Origin: a virus
DNA length: 64,000 nucleotides
Reading direction: 5' to 3' (one strand)
IMG/VR virus record: IMGVR_UViG_3300047564_002155
Location: 32,001-96,000 of that record
Shown here: positions 1 through 10,648 of the stretch, piece after piece
Layout: each line of letters opens with the position of its first letter
How positions within the stretch are numbered: position 1 is the first letter of the stretch
The notes under the pieces: generated by a model
Told to the model about the DNA's origin: nothing
What the model saw: only the letters and a program-made list of their open reading frames with translations
Databases searched by the model: none
Program-made: the position numbers and the translations under genes

Positions 1-1
1 T

Positions 2-1630
2 AAACCTGTTGCTCCTGAAACAATCGCTGGGTTAATTGATGCTTATATATTCTCATCCGGAATTAATAATTTTACATTAGACCCATCTCAAAGTATACTT
101 GGTATCAATGGTCAATCTCCAACCGCAACAATCGTAAATGATAGATTACAAATGTCCGCGTCTTCTTACGGAGGTGGTACAATTTTATTATCAGCATCAC
201 TTGAGTCCGGGTCAACATATACTACTTACTTTGAAGTAGACCCAAACACTTTGAGTGGTATTGATTTTAGAGTAGCTTACAATCAAAGTTACTTAACATC
301 CTTGTCAAATTATACACAATCAATTATAAATGCTTCTACTCAATCAGTATCATTTACCACAAATAACACAGGGGTGTATGAATTTTCGCTTACATTCTTT
401 GATAGAGATGGTACTAACGGGTCGGATGGTTCAATTGATAATTTTTACATTTACGCAACACCACCGCTTGGTACTTTACTATATGATACTTTTGCTATCA
501 ATGGATTTACATCAGTTTATTTTTTAAATAATGCTATAACGGGGTCAGGTGGTGAACTTCCTACGGTATTTGTCAGTCAGTCAAAATTATTTATGTCATC
601 ATCTAATTTTGGCGGTGCTGCTGTAAATAGAAATTATAGATTGATTGAAGGCGTTGGTTATACTTCAAGTTTTGATTTGGGATTTGGAAGTGGATACTCT
701 TCTTTAAAATATGAAGTTGTTGAACCGGATGGTCGTGTTGAATACTACACAATCCTCACATCATCAGTAGCACATACCTCAAGTTTTGTAGCCGACCAGA
801 CTGGAGAATATTCATTTAGGTGGTCGTTTTATACAAGCGGTTCTAACCAAGCATCCGCATCACTTGATACATTTAAATTAAGTACAAACTATTCATTATA
901 TCCAACATCTTCTGATGTGCAAGATTTGGTTTATGAGGCTAGATACAATGTAAATTCTGGCGGTGGTACTTGGTATACTTCTTCTTGGGGGACTAACACA
1001 TCATATTCACAATCCTTTGACAAATATGTTCAAAATCTAAATGTTGAAGTTACGGAGTATGTAAATGATTGGTTAAGTGGTAATAGAACCAATAATGGTT
1101 TTATTATTTTAAAATCAAAACAAGATGAATCATCTGCTCGTAAATTGGGAACGGCTAAATTCTTCTCATCGGATACGCATACCATTTATGTTCCAAACCT
1201 TGAGGTTCGTTGGAATAATACAACATTCACAACCGGGTCTTTATCACCACAAACCAATTCTGATTTGATTGTTTATATGAAAGATTTTCAGTCAGAATAC
1301 AAGGAAAACTCTAAAACTAAAATTAGAGTATATGGTCGTGAGCGATATCCGAGTAGAAACTTTTCTTTAGCATCTCCGATTAAGAGTATAAAGTATCTTC
1401 CAACTACCACATATTATTCGGTAGTTGACGCTGAAACAAATAAGACATTTATTCCATTTGATGATACATATACAAAGTTAAGTTGTGATTCTACATCAAA
1501 TTACTTTAACTTTTGGTTTAATGGATTACAACCTGAAAGATACTACAAGTTTATATTTAAGGTTGTGGATTCTACAAATGGAACTACAAAATACTATGAT
1601 GATAATTTCTACTTCAAAGTGGTAAGATAA
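2..1630 (+). CDS. Virion structural protein, 5'-truncated; C-terminal DNRLRE/CBM96-like domain
   Basis: Frame is open from nt 2 (upstream of the tracked ATG 152), so the gene starts before the window. Ser/Thr-rich beta repeats; 'WLSGNRTNNGFIIL...KFFSSDTHTIYVPNLEVRW' resembles DNRLRE-type domains; lies in the tail/baseplate cluster. Confidence 0.5.
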   Translation, partial: KPVAPETIAGLIDAYIFSSGINNFTLDPSQSILGINGQSPTATIVNDRLQMSASSYGGGTILLSASLESGSTYTTYFEVDPNTLSGIDFRVAYNQSYLTSLSNYTQSIINASTQSVSFTTNNTGVYEFSLTFFDRDGTNGSDGSIDNFYIYATPPLGTLLYDTFAINGFTSVYFLNNAITGSGGELPTVFVSQSKLFMSSSNFGGAAVNRNYRLIEGVGYTSSFDLGFGSGYSSLKYEVVEPDGRVEYYTILTSSVAHTSSFVADQTGEYSFRWSFYTSGSNQASASLDTFKLSTNYSLYPTSSDVQDLVYEARYNVNSGGGTWYTSSWGTNTSYSQSFDKYVQNLNVEVTEYVNDWLSGNRTNNGFIILKSKQDESSARKLGTAKFFSSDTHTIYVPNLEVRWNNTTFTTGSLSPQTNSDLIVYMKDFQSEYKENSKTKIRVYGRERYPSRNFSLASPIKSIKYLPTTTYYSVVDAETNKTFIPFDDTYTKLSCDSTSNYFNFWFNGLQPERYYKFIFKVVDSTNGTTKYYDDNFYFKVVR

Positions 1631-1631
1631 T

Positions 1632-2054
1632 ATGGCGGAAAGACAAATAAAAAGAAATGGTAGAGGTCAAATTGTATCATATGAAATTGCTGCAATTAAT
1701 GACCCAACTGTCGCTACGCCAGAATATGGTAAGTTTCTATTGCAAGGAGTTGGTGAAGAGGGAACTATCATAGAAAAATATAGTGCTGCTTCATTTAACG
1801 AAGAAATAAATACGAATGTTACTTTGGAATTGGTTACATCAGATACTTTAATAGACACTCAAATAGTATTAAATGAAATTATTACTTCACGGGACGAGAG
1901 AGCTACTGGCGATGGTGCTAGTGGTACTGGGTCAATAAATACAGCCCCATTTGGTGTGGTTGGTAACTCCATTGGTGAGGTTAGAGTATTTACACGACCT
2001 GATGGGTCTGATGTAGATTATGAGTGGACTGGAACATTCTGGCAACAAGTATAA
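1632..2054 (+). CDS. Hypothetical protein (tail/baseplate cluster)
   Basis: 140-aa ORF tightly packed between structural genes. Confidence 0.5.
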   Translation: MAERQIKRNGRGQIVSYEIAAINDPTVATPEYGKFLLQGVGEEGTIIEKYSAASFNEEINTNVTLELVTSDTLIDTQIVLNEIITSRDERATGDGASGTGSINTAPFGVVGNSIGEVRVFTRPDGSDVDYEWTGTFWQQV

Positions 2055-2065
2055 GGATAAAGTAA

Positions 2066-5000
2066 ATGTCATTAGATAGATTTGAAAATAAAGATGAAGT
2101 TGTAGGAGCAAGTCCTGTTTTCGGTAAAACTATGTTTGCTGATGAGGAGCCCCGTATTCAGAAATTTAATGACCAAATTACACAAAATGATGTAGATGGT
2201 ACATACTCTGGTATAACTTTAACCAATGCGTCTGAAATTCACATTTATGCTGAAGATAATCTTCTTCAATCTCAATATGGTCAACCAATCCGTTCGGTAC
2301 TTACAAATGGTAAACCAACAGCATATGTTGTTCCGGAATTAGATTTAAGACAAACGGGCATTAACGAAGGAAATTATTCGGTATTATATAACTTTCATCA
2401 CAATATTGTTTCTAATTTAAAAATTGATGCAATTTCAGCAGATAGGACCGAAGTTCGTTTAGTATCAAAAACAAATATTCCAAACGTATTTCAACCACTA
2501 AATGTAATGAGTCAGATAATTGGCTCAAATTCATTTGATGCTTATTTACGAAAAAAAGATTTTGTTATCAACTTTAGTCAAAATCAAATATACGATGTAA
2601 CTAATTTATTATTAGATGGTCCTCGTATTGGTGAGGTTAATGGAACTCTAAATTATCCAACGGCTGTTTTTAACTCAACTCCAACTGTGTTTGTTCCATT
2701 AGATGATGTTATTGCTGGTGGAGTTGGTATTTGGAGAACTTTTATAGAAGTTTATAATCCAGCAATCAATCAAACTACACCTCAACTTGGAACACCAACT
2801 GGTAGATTTAGAAAATATGAATTACAACAAAACCCAAACGGAACTTTAAAATGGAATGCTGGTCAGAACACATTTATATTTCCTGATATTCCAAGTGAAG
2901 TTCCATCTGAAATCGTTGACTTTCTTTCAGACACTAATTTACAAGATAAGAGATATCAAGTTGATGTTACTAAATTAAATTTAAATTATAAGTGGTATAA
3001 TAATTTACCATCACAATTTGATGAGTGTATTATTAAGTTATTAAAACCCCTTGAAGCGTCAGTTGAAGTGGGTGACGCTTTAACTGTTGATGCTAGAATC
3101 TTACCAACGTGGGTGGATAAAGTAATAGCATTTCCAGCAATCAAATCACAAGACAAAGATGACTTTTCAACTCCAAACTTTGCGGTTGAAATGGAATCTT
3201 ACGGAAAATCAGATGGAACTGATTGGAAAACTTGGAATGATTTGTTAGACGCAAATTTGTCTACATCTCAACAAATTATTGATTACTATTTTAGCGGTTC
3301 CCTTGGAAAGATAAAGTTAAATATTCAATATAACGATTTCCAAAATTACATTCACTTTTCATCAGCAACCGAACGAGTTGATAATTTTGTATACAAACTT
3401 CAACAAATTGAAGCATACAATTCTCGTATTGATTTATTACAAAATGTTAGTGGGTCAACCGCATTAACTAATATTTCACAATCAATCACTCGTAGAGATA
3501 AAATTATAGGTGCGTTTGATGGATTTGAACATTGGATGTACTATCAAGATACATCTTCCATTTACACACATTGGTCATCTTCGGATTATACAATTACACC
3601 ATATCCAAAAGTGTCCACCTTCCCTTATGTTTTGTATCACACAACATCATCACAAGGTGAAACTTGGTATAATGGTGTCTACGCATCTGCGTCTTTGTAT
3701 GATTCTCAAAACCAAGCAAGACTTCGTAATATGATTCCAACTCATCTGCAAGAAGATGATAAAAATTCAGATTATGTTACATTCATTGATATGATTGGCC
3801 AACACTTTGATATTTCGTGGACATATGTAAAAGCCCTAACCGATATCAATAGAAGAGAAGAACATCCTTGGGATGGTATGTCTGATGAGTTATTGTTCAA
3901 TGTTGCAAAGTCAATGGGTTGGTCTTTGTCTAATGGGTATGGTGATTCTGAACTTTGGAGTTATGTTCTTGGAACTGACCAAACGGGTTCACTATCACAA
4001 ACAGGTCAATTAAAAACCAAGTCGCGAGAGAAAATTGTAAAAGAAACTTGGAGAAGAATTGTAAATAACCTACCATACATTTACAAGACAAAAGGAACTC
4101 CAAGGTCAATCAAAGCACTTCTTGCTACATATGGTATTCCACAAGCATTTCTACAAATTCGTGAATATGGTGGTCCTGTAATTGTGGATTCTCCAAACCA
4201 ATACGAACACGAAAGATTTGTATACAAAGTAAACATTGACGCTCAAGCTGGGAAGTATATTGTAAATCCTTGGGGTGAAATTCAACCAGAAGGATATGCT
4301 GCGCTATTCCCAAGAGCAATTGAAGTTATTGCAAAATTACCTGCAAGTATAAGTTCAGATGATGGTGGTTCAACTGGCGAATACACTATTTTTGATATGG
4401 TTGTTCCTGGTCAAAGAATTTCAGTTAAATTTAATGGTGTTAATTCTACTACCGCTAACTTTACATTAGTTTCTGGCTCAACATCGTTATTAACCACAAA
4501 TAACTTTACTTGGAATGGTGGTAGAGATGTTGTAATAGTTTTAAATAATGATTCAACAACTACATCTTTAAGAGCAGCTATGCCTGATAACTTTGGTAGT
4601 GTTCTTGCAAGTGTTAGTGCTTCGGCAGCCACCCCTAATGCTGTTGAAGATATCTGGTTAGATAGCGGCTCTTTAAATGTTGGTTCTCCAACCGATAATG
4701 ACTACACCTCATTTAATTTACAAGAATTAAGATACTATTATAACATTGTCAGTCAAGAGATTGTTGAAGACCACGCAAAAAATCGTGATGCTTACTTTAT
4801 TGATGATAACACAACTGACCTTGATACTACGGGTTCATTAGTTTCGTTGGTTTACCGTCAATTTTTTGATAGTAAATATGGTGGGTCTAATTGGAATAGT
4901 GCTTCACTACATCCAAATCAAGAAGTAACTACTTTAGTTGATGGTAGAATTTTAAGTTGTTCGTTTGGTCCAAGTGTAACTTCAACTGACCTTGAAGGTG

Positions 5001-6643
5001 AGTTAGATACATACTACTCAAAGATTCCATCAGCAGGCGCATTAAATGTAAACAATAATAAAATTCGTATTGAATCATCAAGTTTGGCCGGGGTATTATC
5101 ACCTGATAAATCACAAGAAAGAAGTCAGTATGATTATGCTCCGCTTGATTCAAACTTGGTTGGTGTTTACTTTTCAACTACCGACACTGTAAACTACGAC
5201 ATCTATAACTCCGAAGGTTATTTTGAGATTGATGATTGGGTTGGTGATACTGATGAAAGATACAATGAATCATATCCATTGTTAAAGTATCGTTCACAAA
5301 ACTACTTTGCAAAATACACAACAAAGACCGCACTAAATCTTATCCTGAGTTTGTTGGCTAGATATGACTCATCTATTTTTAGTCAAATCAAACAAGTTCT
5401 TCCCGCTCGTGTAAATTATATGAGTGGTATCTTGATTGAACCACATATTCTTGAAAGAAACAAATACAAAAGAAATCGTGGTATCACACGAGACTATCAT
5501 CAATATGTTGGAACTATTCCAATGTATAGTGAAGCAAACATAATCGGAAGTAGAAATGACTATGGGTTTAGTAGTGGTTCTCGTATTGTAAATGATGGTG
5601 CTATTGATTTATACAATTATGAACCATCTACATATCAGTATCAAATTGCAACTTTATCATCAAGTATTTCGTGTAGTATTGTTTCAACAAATGTAACTGC
5701 TAGTGTTTTAAGTGAAGGTTTGGTTGGTGGTAACAATGAATTTAATTTTACATCAGTTACTACAAACGCTTCTCTATTATCACATATAACATCAAGCGTT
5801 CTTTGGGTTATTGACAAAAATCAACAACAGGTATTTGTGAGCGGTGGTTTTTCAATTAGCGCAAGTGTTAGTTTAATAACTACAAATGATAGCGAAGGAA
5901 CTATTCAACTTTCAAGTGGATATACTATTGACGGTGCATACACAGGTCAGACCCGTGTATTCATATTAGCATCAGCAAACGATATCAGTAGCGAAGGTTA
6001 CGACCAGTTTAACTCATCAAGTTTATTTTGTGACTCTATAACCACCTATGTTAATAGAACAAATGGGTATTGGGAATATTCACCAACCGGAAGTCAAGCG
6101 GTAAATGCTAGAACAACAAGTCAGGCGTTCATCGTTAATAGATTCTTTTCAACGGCTGGTTCCGCAAGTAGAAATGAAGCGTTTTCATCATCACTTTCGC
6201 CAGCGGATATTCAAGAGTATCGTGGATTGTCAATTGAAAATCTATACTTTAACGGATGTAGAATTTCTTCAGACTCTTTGACCACGGATTCAGCGGATAC
6301 GCCGGATGGTGGTCCTGTAATTGAAGTAAATGTGGTTGATTCAAATACATTAGTTCTATCAACTAAAACGGCATTAGATGGTGATTTACAAATTGGGTCT
6401 GCTGAACCAATTCAAACTATGGTTCCAACCGAACTTGTATCATTACAAAATTATGAATCATTAACAACCGAAACATCAACGCAAAAACGAAATGATGTTG
6501 ATGCTGAACAATATGTCTTAAATGGTCCGTTAATCTATGTTGCTCCATCAAAACCTTTGTATAGAGATGCTGTTTCTACGGAAGAGCAATTAGATTCAAA
6601 TGTGACAATTCAAACAAACTTTATACAACCACAAAATGGTTGA
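2066..6643 (+). CDS. Large baseplate wedge-like structural protein
   Basis: 1525 aa; 'NLPYIYKTKGTPRSIKALLATYGIP' resembles the KGT motif of T4 gp7/P2 gpI-type wedge proteins; context fits. Confidence 0.55.
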   Translation: MSLDRFENKDEVVGASPVFGKTMFADEEPRIQKFNDQITQNDVDGTYSGITLTNASEIHIYAEDNLLQSQYGQPIRSVLTNGKPTAYVVPELDLRQTGINEGNYSVLYNFHHNIVSNLKIDAISADRTEVRLVSKTNIPNVFQPLNVMSQIIGSNSFDAYLRKKDFVINFSQNQIYDVTNLLLDGPRIGEVNGTLNYPTAVFNSTPTVFVPLDDVIAGGVGIWRTFIEVYNPAINQTTPQLGTPTGRFRKYELQQNPNGTLKWNAGQNTFIFPDIPSEVPSEIVDFLSDTNLQDKRYQVDVTKLNLNYKWYNNLPSQFDECIIKLLKPLEASVEVGDALTVDARILPTWVDKVIAFPAIKSQDKDDFSTPNFAVEMESYGKSDGTDWKTWNDLLDANLSTSQQIIDYYFSGSLGKIKLNIQYNDFQNYIHFSSATERVDNFVYKLQQIEAYNSRIDLLQNVSGSTALTNISQSITRRDKIIGAFDGFEHWMYYQDTSSIYTHWSSSDYTITPYPKVSTFPYVLYHTTSSQGETWYNGVYASASLYDSQNQARLRNMIPTHLQEDDKNSDYVTFIDMIGQHFDISWTYVKALTDINRREEHPWDGMSDELLFNVAKSMGWSLSNGYGDSELWSYVLGTDQTGSLSQTGQLKTKSREKIVKETWRRIVNNLPYIYKTKGTPRSIKALLATYGIPQAFLQIREYGGPVIVDSPNQYEHERFVYKVNIDAQAGKYIVNPWGEIQPEGYAALFPRAIEVIAKLPASISSDDGGSTGEYTIFDMVVPGQRISVKFNGVNSTTANFTLVSGSTSLLTTNNFTWNGGRDVVIVLNNDSTTTSLRAAMPDNFGSVLASVSASAATPNAVEDIWLDSGSLNVGSPTDNDYTSFNLQELRYYYNIVSQEIVEDHAKNRDAYFIDDNTTDLDTTGSLVSLVYRQFFDSKYGGSNWNSASLHPNQEVTTLVDGRILSCSFGPSVTSTDLEGELDTYYSKIPSAGALNVNNNKIRIESSSLAGVLSPDKSQERSQYDYAPLDSNLVGVYFSTTDTVNYDIYNSEGYFEIDDWVGDTDERYNESYPLLKYRSQNYFAKYTTKTALNLILSLLARYDSSIFSQIKQVLPARVNYMSGILIEPHILERNKYKRNRGITRDYHQYVGTIPMYSEANIIGSRNDYGFSSGSRIVNDGAIDLYNYEPSTYQYQIATLSSSISCSIVSTNVTASVLSEGLVGGNNEFNFTSVTTNASLLSHITSSVLWVIDKNQQQVFVSGGFSISASVSLITTNDSEGTIQLSSGYTIDGAYTGQTRVFILASANDISSEGYDQFNSSSLFCDSITTYVNRTNGYWEYSPTGSQAVNARTTSQAFIVNRFFSTAGSASRNEAFSSSLSPADIQEYRGLSIENLYFNGCRISSDSLTTDSADTPDGGPVIEVNVVDSNTLVLSTKTALDGDLQIGSAEPIQTMVPTELVSLQNYESLTTETSTQKRNDVDAEQYVLNGPLIYVAPSKPLYRDAVSTEEQLDSNVTIQTNFIQPQNG

Positions 6644-6695
6644 ATTTAATTTCATAAAAAAGTGATATTTATATACATAAAATAAGGAAAACACT

Positions 6696-7361
6696 ATGGG
6701 ATATTTAGATAATTCATCGGTAACTGTTGATGCGATTTTGACCAAGAAGGGTAGAGAACTTCTTGCACAAGGTCGTGATAAGTTTCAAATCACTCAATTT
6801 GCACTTGCAGATGATGAGGTAGATTACAACCTTTGGAACCCCGCTCACTCATTGGGGTCAGACTACTATGGTACAATCATTGAGAATATGCCCGTATTAG
6901 AAGCCCTAACTGATGAGAACTACACTATGAAGTATAAATTGTTGACTCTTCCAAAATCAACTGTAAAACTTCCAATCATCACTCCTTCGGTGACTTCACT
7001 TTCTTTAGAAGAAGATGGTATCTCTTCAACCATCAACATTACAACCAAAAATGGTGGAAATACTTTGTTGGGCTACACCGCCGTGTTGTTAAATTCAGAC
7101 GCTGCTACTATCGTAGGTAATCAAGGTGTTCCAGGTGGAACTTCTCCAAGTGTTAACACAACATCATACATTTCTAATAAGAGTGTTACGGTGGTTGGTA
7201 AAGACGCATTTACAATTACAACCAAAGTTCTTCCATCTGCTACCGCAATTACAACTCGCATTATCTTTATTGGTAACGAAACGGGTGGTAGAACCGAAGT
7301 GACTTTAACTGTAAACCCATACACAGGTAGAGTGTTAAACACAAGAACGATTGCAGGATAA
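6696..7361 (+). CDS. Baseplate/tail-fibre attachment protein
   Basis: N-terminal 'ILTKKGRELLAQG...ITQFALADDEVDY' resembles the N-terminus of tail-collar fibre (P2 gpH-type) domains; AAGGA upstream. Confidence 0.5.
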   Translation: MGYLDNSSVTVDAILTKKGRELLAQGRDKFQITQFALADDEVDYNLWNPAHSLGSDYYGTIIENMPVLEALTDENYTMKYKLLTLPKSTVKLPIITPSVTSLSLEEDGISSTINITTKNGGNTLLGYTAVLLNSDAATIVGNQGVPGGTSPSVNTTSYISNKSVTVVGKDAFTITTKVLPSATAITTRIIFIGNETGGRTEVTLTVNPYTGRVLNTRTIAG

Positions 7362-7381
7362 TAAACTAAAAGGACACTAAA

Positions 7382-8581
7382 ATGCCAATAAATCCAATAG
7401 ACCCATCAGGCGGCGGATTCTCAAATACGGGAAATATCGGTGGAAACACCGGTGGAACTTCAACACCATCCCCATCAGGTAATACACCACCACCAAGCAC
7501 TTTGACCGCTCAACAACTTTTAGCGTTTGATATTAGTGAAAATAGAACGCCTATCGTTCCTGCCGGCGCATATAATGCTGGTAATGGTAAGGTATACACC
7601 GCATTCAGTACGGATGATGTGGTTGAAGGTGGAATCCAAAGAATTACTCGTGGATTGTGGAGTGGTAATGTTGGTGAATTAACTTCATTCTGGACATCTT
7701 CATTTCAGTCTGCTACTCAAAAATCATACTACTACGAGATTTACAACGGTAACCCAACCACATCTACTTCAGAAGCACAATTCTCCATTGCATATGGACA
7801 TAGATTAGGTAGTGGTTCATTTAGTACAGGTCCTGATTATGATGCTCCATCTAAAGCCATTTATGGTCAGTATCAACAAGCTCTTTTACCATCAACTCAA
7901 ACCCAATTTATATTTGGAACTACAAACTCCGATGATATCTACGCTATTACAATCAATAGAGCAAGATTAAAGGATAAGTTAGATAGAGGAAACTGGGAAT
8001 TGTGTTTGTCGGGTTCTTTAACAGGAAAGTTTGTTAGATTAATTGATGATAGTGGTGATGTAAATCAAAACTCATCAAATGACGCAGAGTCATACAATGT
8101 TGTATCCGGTTCTCTTGCTAATGGTGTATTTTCTGCAACACAAATCTTTGGTACTGTATACCCACATAGAGGTGTAATCATCCTAAATCCAGCGGCTCTT
8201 GACGCTTCTGCCTCATTAGGAACTGTTAGAACAATTAGTGATGCTCAGAACCACAACAAATTATTCCTTGCAATTAGCGGTGCTGCTGCTGCAAATTCAA
8301 GTAATGGTTTCCAAGCAAGAAACGAAGAAGAGGTAAAATCTACATTCTACTTTGTGAGAGCTAAAAACGCAGAATATAATTTCTCAAACAACCCATCGTA
8401 TGTTTCTGGTTCAAATGGTGAACTAAATCAACAAACATTTATTGGTGACTCAAAAACTTACATTACAACGGTTGGATTATACAATAATGATAATGAGTTA
8501 TTAGCAATTGCTAAATTATCTAAACCAATCTTAAAGTCATTCTCAAACGAGGTCCTTGTTAAGGTTAAACTTGATTTCTAA
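7382..8581 (+). CDS. Baseplate/tail structural protein
   Basis: C-terminal 'YITTVGLYNNDNELLAIAKLSKPILK...VKVKLDF' is paralogous to the C-terminus of 9174..10646 and resembles tail-collar domains. Confidence 0.5.
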   Translation: MPINPIDPSGGGFSNTGNIGGNTGGTSTPSPSGNTPPPSTLTAQQLLAFDISENRTPIVPAGAYNAGNGKVYTAFSTDDVVEGGIQRITRGLWSGNVGELTSFWTSSFQSATQKSYYYEIYNGNPTTSTSEAQFSIAYGHRLGSGSFSTGPDYDAPSKAIYGQYQQALLPSTQTQFIFGTTNSDDIYAITINRARLKDKLDRGNWELCLSGSLTGKFVRLIDDSGDVNQNSSNDAESYNVVSGSLANGVFSATQIFGTVYPHRGVIILNPAALDASASLGTVRTISDAQNHNKLFLAISGAAAANSSNGFQARNEEEVKSTFYFVRAKNAEYNFSNNPSYVSGSNGELNQQTFIGDSKTYITTVGLYNNDNELLAIAKLSKPILKSFSNEVLVKVKLDF

Positions 8582-8596
8582 AGATGTTTGTGTTAA

Positions 8597-9172
8597 ATGA
8601 GTATTGTATTCAAAAAAATATTCCAAGAGGGTCTACAAAGAAGACCCTTTAAGGCTCACAAAAGATATGAAGTAACTAATTTAAATTACTCATCATCTTT
8701 TGGAATACAAGTATTACGAGCAATTAACCCAAACGATACGAAGGTAGAAATTTCATCTTCGGTTAATGGTAGTATTGCAGTAGACCCAAATACTCACTTT
8801 AATACAAACGCTTGGGGTTCAATGACTCAAGTGTCCCAAGAGGTTCTTTGGAGTTCTCTTAATCAAGTATTTTTCCAAGAGTCGGATAAAGCTCTATATG
8901 ATACTGCTTCGGTGATGTCTATACCTGTAAATAAGTTTGGTGATGGCATCAAACCTGGTTCAGTTTTTATTACGGATAATTCACACTACCCATCGGCTTC
9001 AATAAAATTATACGACCAATCAATGGATGACTCATATGGTTTATTGATTGCAAGTGAATTAACATCTTCGGTAAAAATAAATCAATCTGATGTTGTATTA
9101 AAATTATCATTTGACAATACTACACGAGTTGTTGATTCTTCAAATTTTAAAAACGAAATTATAGTGAGTTGA
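8597..9172 (+). CDS. Tail/baseplate structural protein ending in the first strand of a LamG-like domain
   Basis: 191 aa; 'FGDGIKPGSVFITD' is similar to 'LKDKLDRGNWELCL' of the upstream paralogue; ends 'VVLKLSFDNTTRVVDSSNFKN'. Confidence 0.45.
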   Translation: MSIVFKKIFQEGLQRRPFKAHKRYEVTNLNYSSSFGIQVLRAINPNDTKVEISSSVNGSIAVDPNTHFNTNAWGSMTQVSQEVLWSSLNQVFFQESDKALYDTASVMSIPVNKFGDGIKPGSVFITDNSHYPSASIKLYDQSMDDSYGLLIASELTSSVKINQSDVVLKLSFDNTTRVVDSSNFKNEIIVS

Positions 9173-9173
9173 T

Positions 9174-10646
9174 ATGCCGACTTATACACTTACAACCAAC
9201 TATACAAACAATGTAACTGGCTCTACGCTCCGTAGTTCCGCTGACCCGTTATCATCAATAGTTACAACTCGTACAGTCAATGGAACTCAAACAGGAGGTT
9301 ATCTATTTAATGTTGCATATCTTCATCCCGATAGTGGTTATGAGTTTACTTCTGTTGGTAATATTTCATTTGTACTTGATGGTAACCCATATACACCTGG
9401 GTCTGGTGTAATTGGTGCTTCTCTAAACCCAAGCGGATATATAACTATCCAAACCACACAACAAAATCCAAGTAATACATACAATTTAGTATTAAATGGA
9501 ACCTCTACAGTAGAAGCTCCACCCGTTGAAGATACCGGTTCCGGTGGCGGCGGAGGTGGTGGAGGTGGTGGAGGCGACGCCGGCGTTTCAACTACAAGTG
9601 GTGTGGGTGGAACTGGATATGCATATTCATTTGCAGCAACAACTCAAAGTATTCTTGTAAGACATAACTCTAATTTTGATGTCTTTAATAAAAATGATGA
9701 TTGGGCCGTTTCATTTTGGGGCAGTCTACCAATATCTCAATCCGCTGTGGGTGATTTTTCTACCGAAAAGTTAATCGTATCAAAACACATCGCGGAACGA
9801 TACATAAACGAAGATGGAACTATCACCACTCAAAATAGTGAAGTTGGTTCTTACCCATTTAAAATTGGAGTTTATACAAAATATTCCGATGCGGGTAATG
9901 ATGGTAAAGTATTCTTTGAGACATCTGATGGTACTTCTACTAACCGCGTAACTTCATCAGCACAATATAACGACACCGCATATAGACACTTTACCTTTAA
10001 TAAAACGGGGTCTTTATATGAAATTTGGGTGAATGGCGCAAGAGTAGTAAGTCAATCAGTTTCATATTCATTTAATATCAATAACCAAAAAGATATTTTA
10101 ATTGGTAATGATTCATATGGTAATGAATTTGGATTTAGTGGTTCAATAGATGAATTTCAAATTCATAGAGTAGGTCTTACATCAGCAGAAATTGGTTCAC
10201 TTGCAGATAATAATTTAGTAAGTGGTTCATATCTTCAAAAAAATGATGTTGGGTATGTATTCTACAAACAAGGTATGATTGTGGTAACTGACCCAAGACC
10301 ACGATACCAAAATGTTCTTTTGGGTGATGGTAATGGTTCTTATACAAATAAAAACTATCAAGTTGATTATCGTTCAACAAAAGTCGTAGAGGAAGTAGTT
10401 GCTCTTTGTGAAATTGGTAAAGAAGAATTTCTTGTTACATCAAACCCATCCGCAAGATACGCTCCAAGTGAAAATGAATTCCAACTGGCAGGATTTACAA
10501 CATCATCTTCATTCTATCCATATGTAACTACAATTGGATTGTATAATGATGCCGGTGATTTATTAGCAACGGCAAAATTGGGGTCTCCTCTAAAGCGTAG
10601 GTCTGATGTTGATGTAACAGTTCAAATTAAATTTGATATAGATTAA
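9174..10646 (+). CDS. LamG/concanavalin-A-like domain structural protein
   Basis: 'WAVSFW', 'YRHFTFNKTGSLYEIWVNG', 'FSGSIDEFQIHRVGLTSAEI' are LamG hallmarks; poly-Gly linker; tail-collar-like C-terminus. Confidence 0.7.
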   Translation: MPTYTLTTNYTNNVTGSTLRSSADPLSSIVTTRTVNGTQTGGYLFNVAYLHPDSGYEFTSVGNISFVLDGNPYTPGSGVIGASLNPSGYITIQTTQQNPSNTYNLVLNGTSTVEAPPVEDTGSGGGGGGGGGGGDAGVSTTSGVGGTGYAYSFAATTQSILVRHNSNFDVFNKNDDWAVSFWGSLPISQSAVGDFSTEKLIVSKHIAERYINEDGTITTQNSEVGSYPFKIGVYTKYSDAGNDGKVFFETSDGTSTNRVTSSAQYNDTAYRHFTFNKTGSLYEIWVNGARVVSQSVSYSFNINNQKDILIGNDSYGNEFGFSGSIDEFQIHRVGLTSAEIGSLADNNLVSGSYLQKNDVGYVFYKQGMIVVTDPRPRYQNVLLGDGNGSYTNKNYQVDYRSTKVVEEVVALCEIGKEEFLVTSNPSARYAPSENEFQLAGFTTSSSFYPYVTTIGLYNDAGDLLATAKLGSPLKRRSDVDVTVQIKFDID

Positions 10647-10648
10647 GT

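Noticed and set aside
9164-9169. GTGAGT splice-donor-like sequence at the split LamG junction
   Set aside because: No spliceosome in this context, no group I/II intron structure seen, and the intervening sequence is a plausible coding frame.
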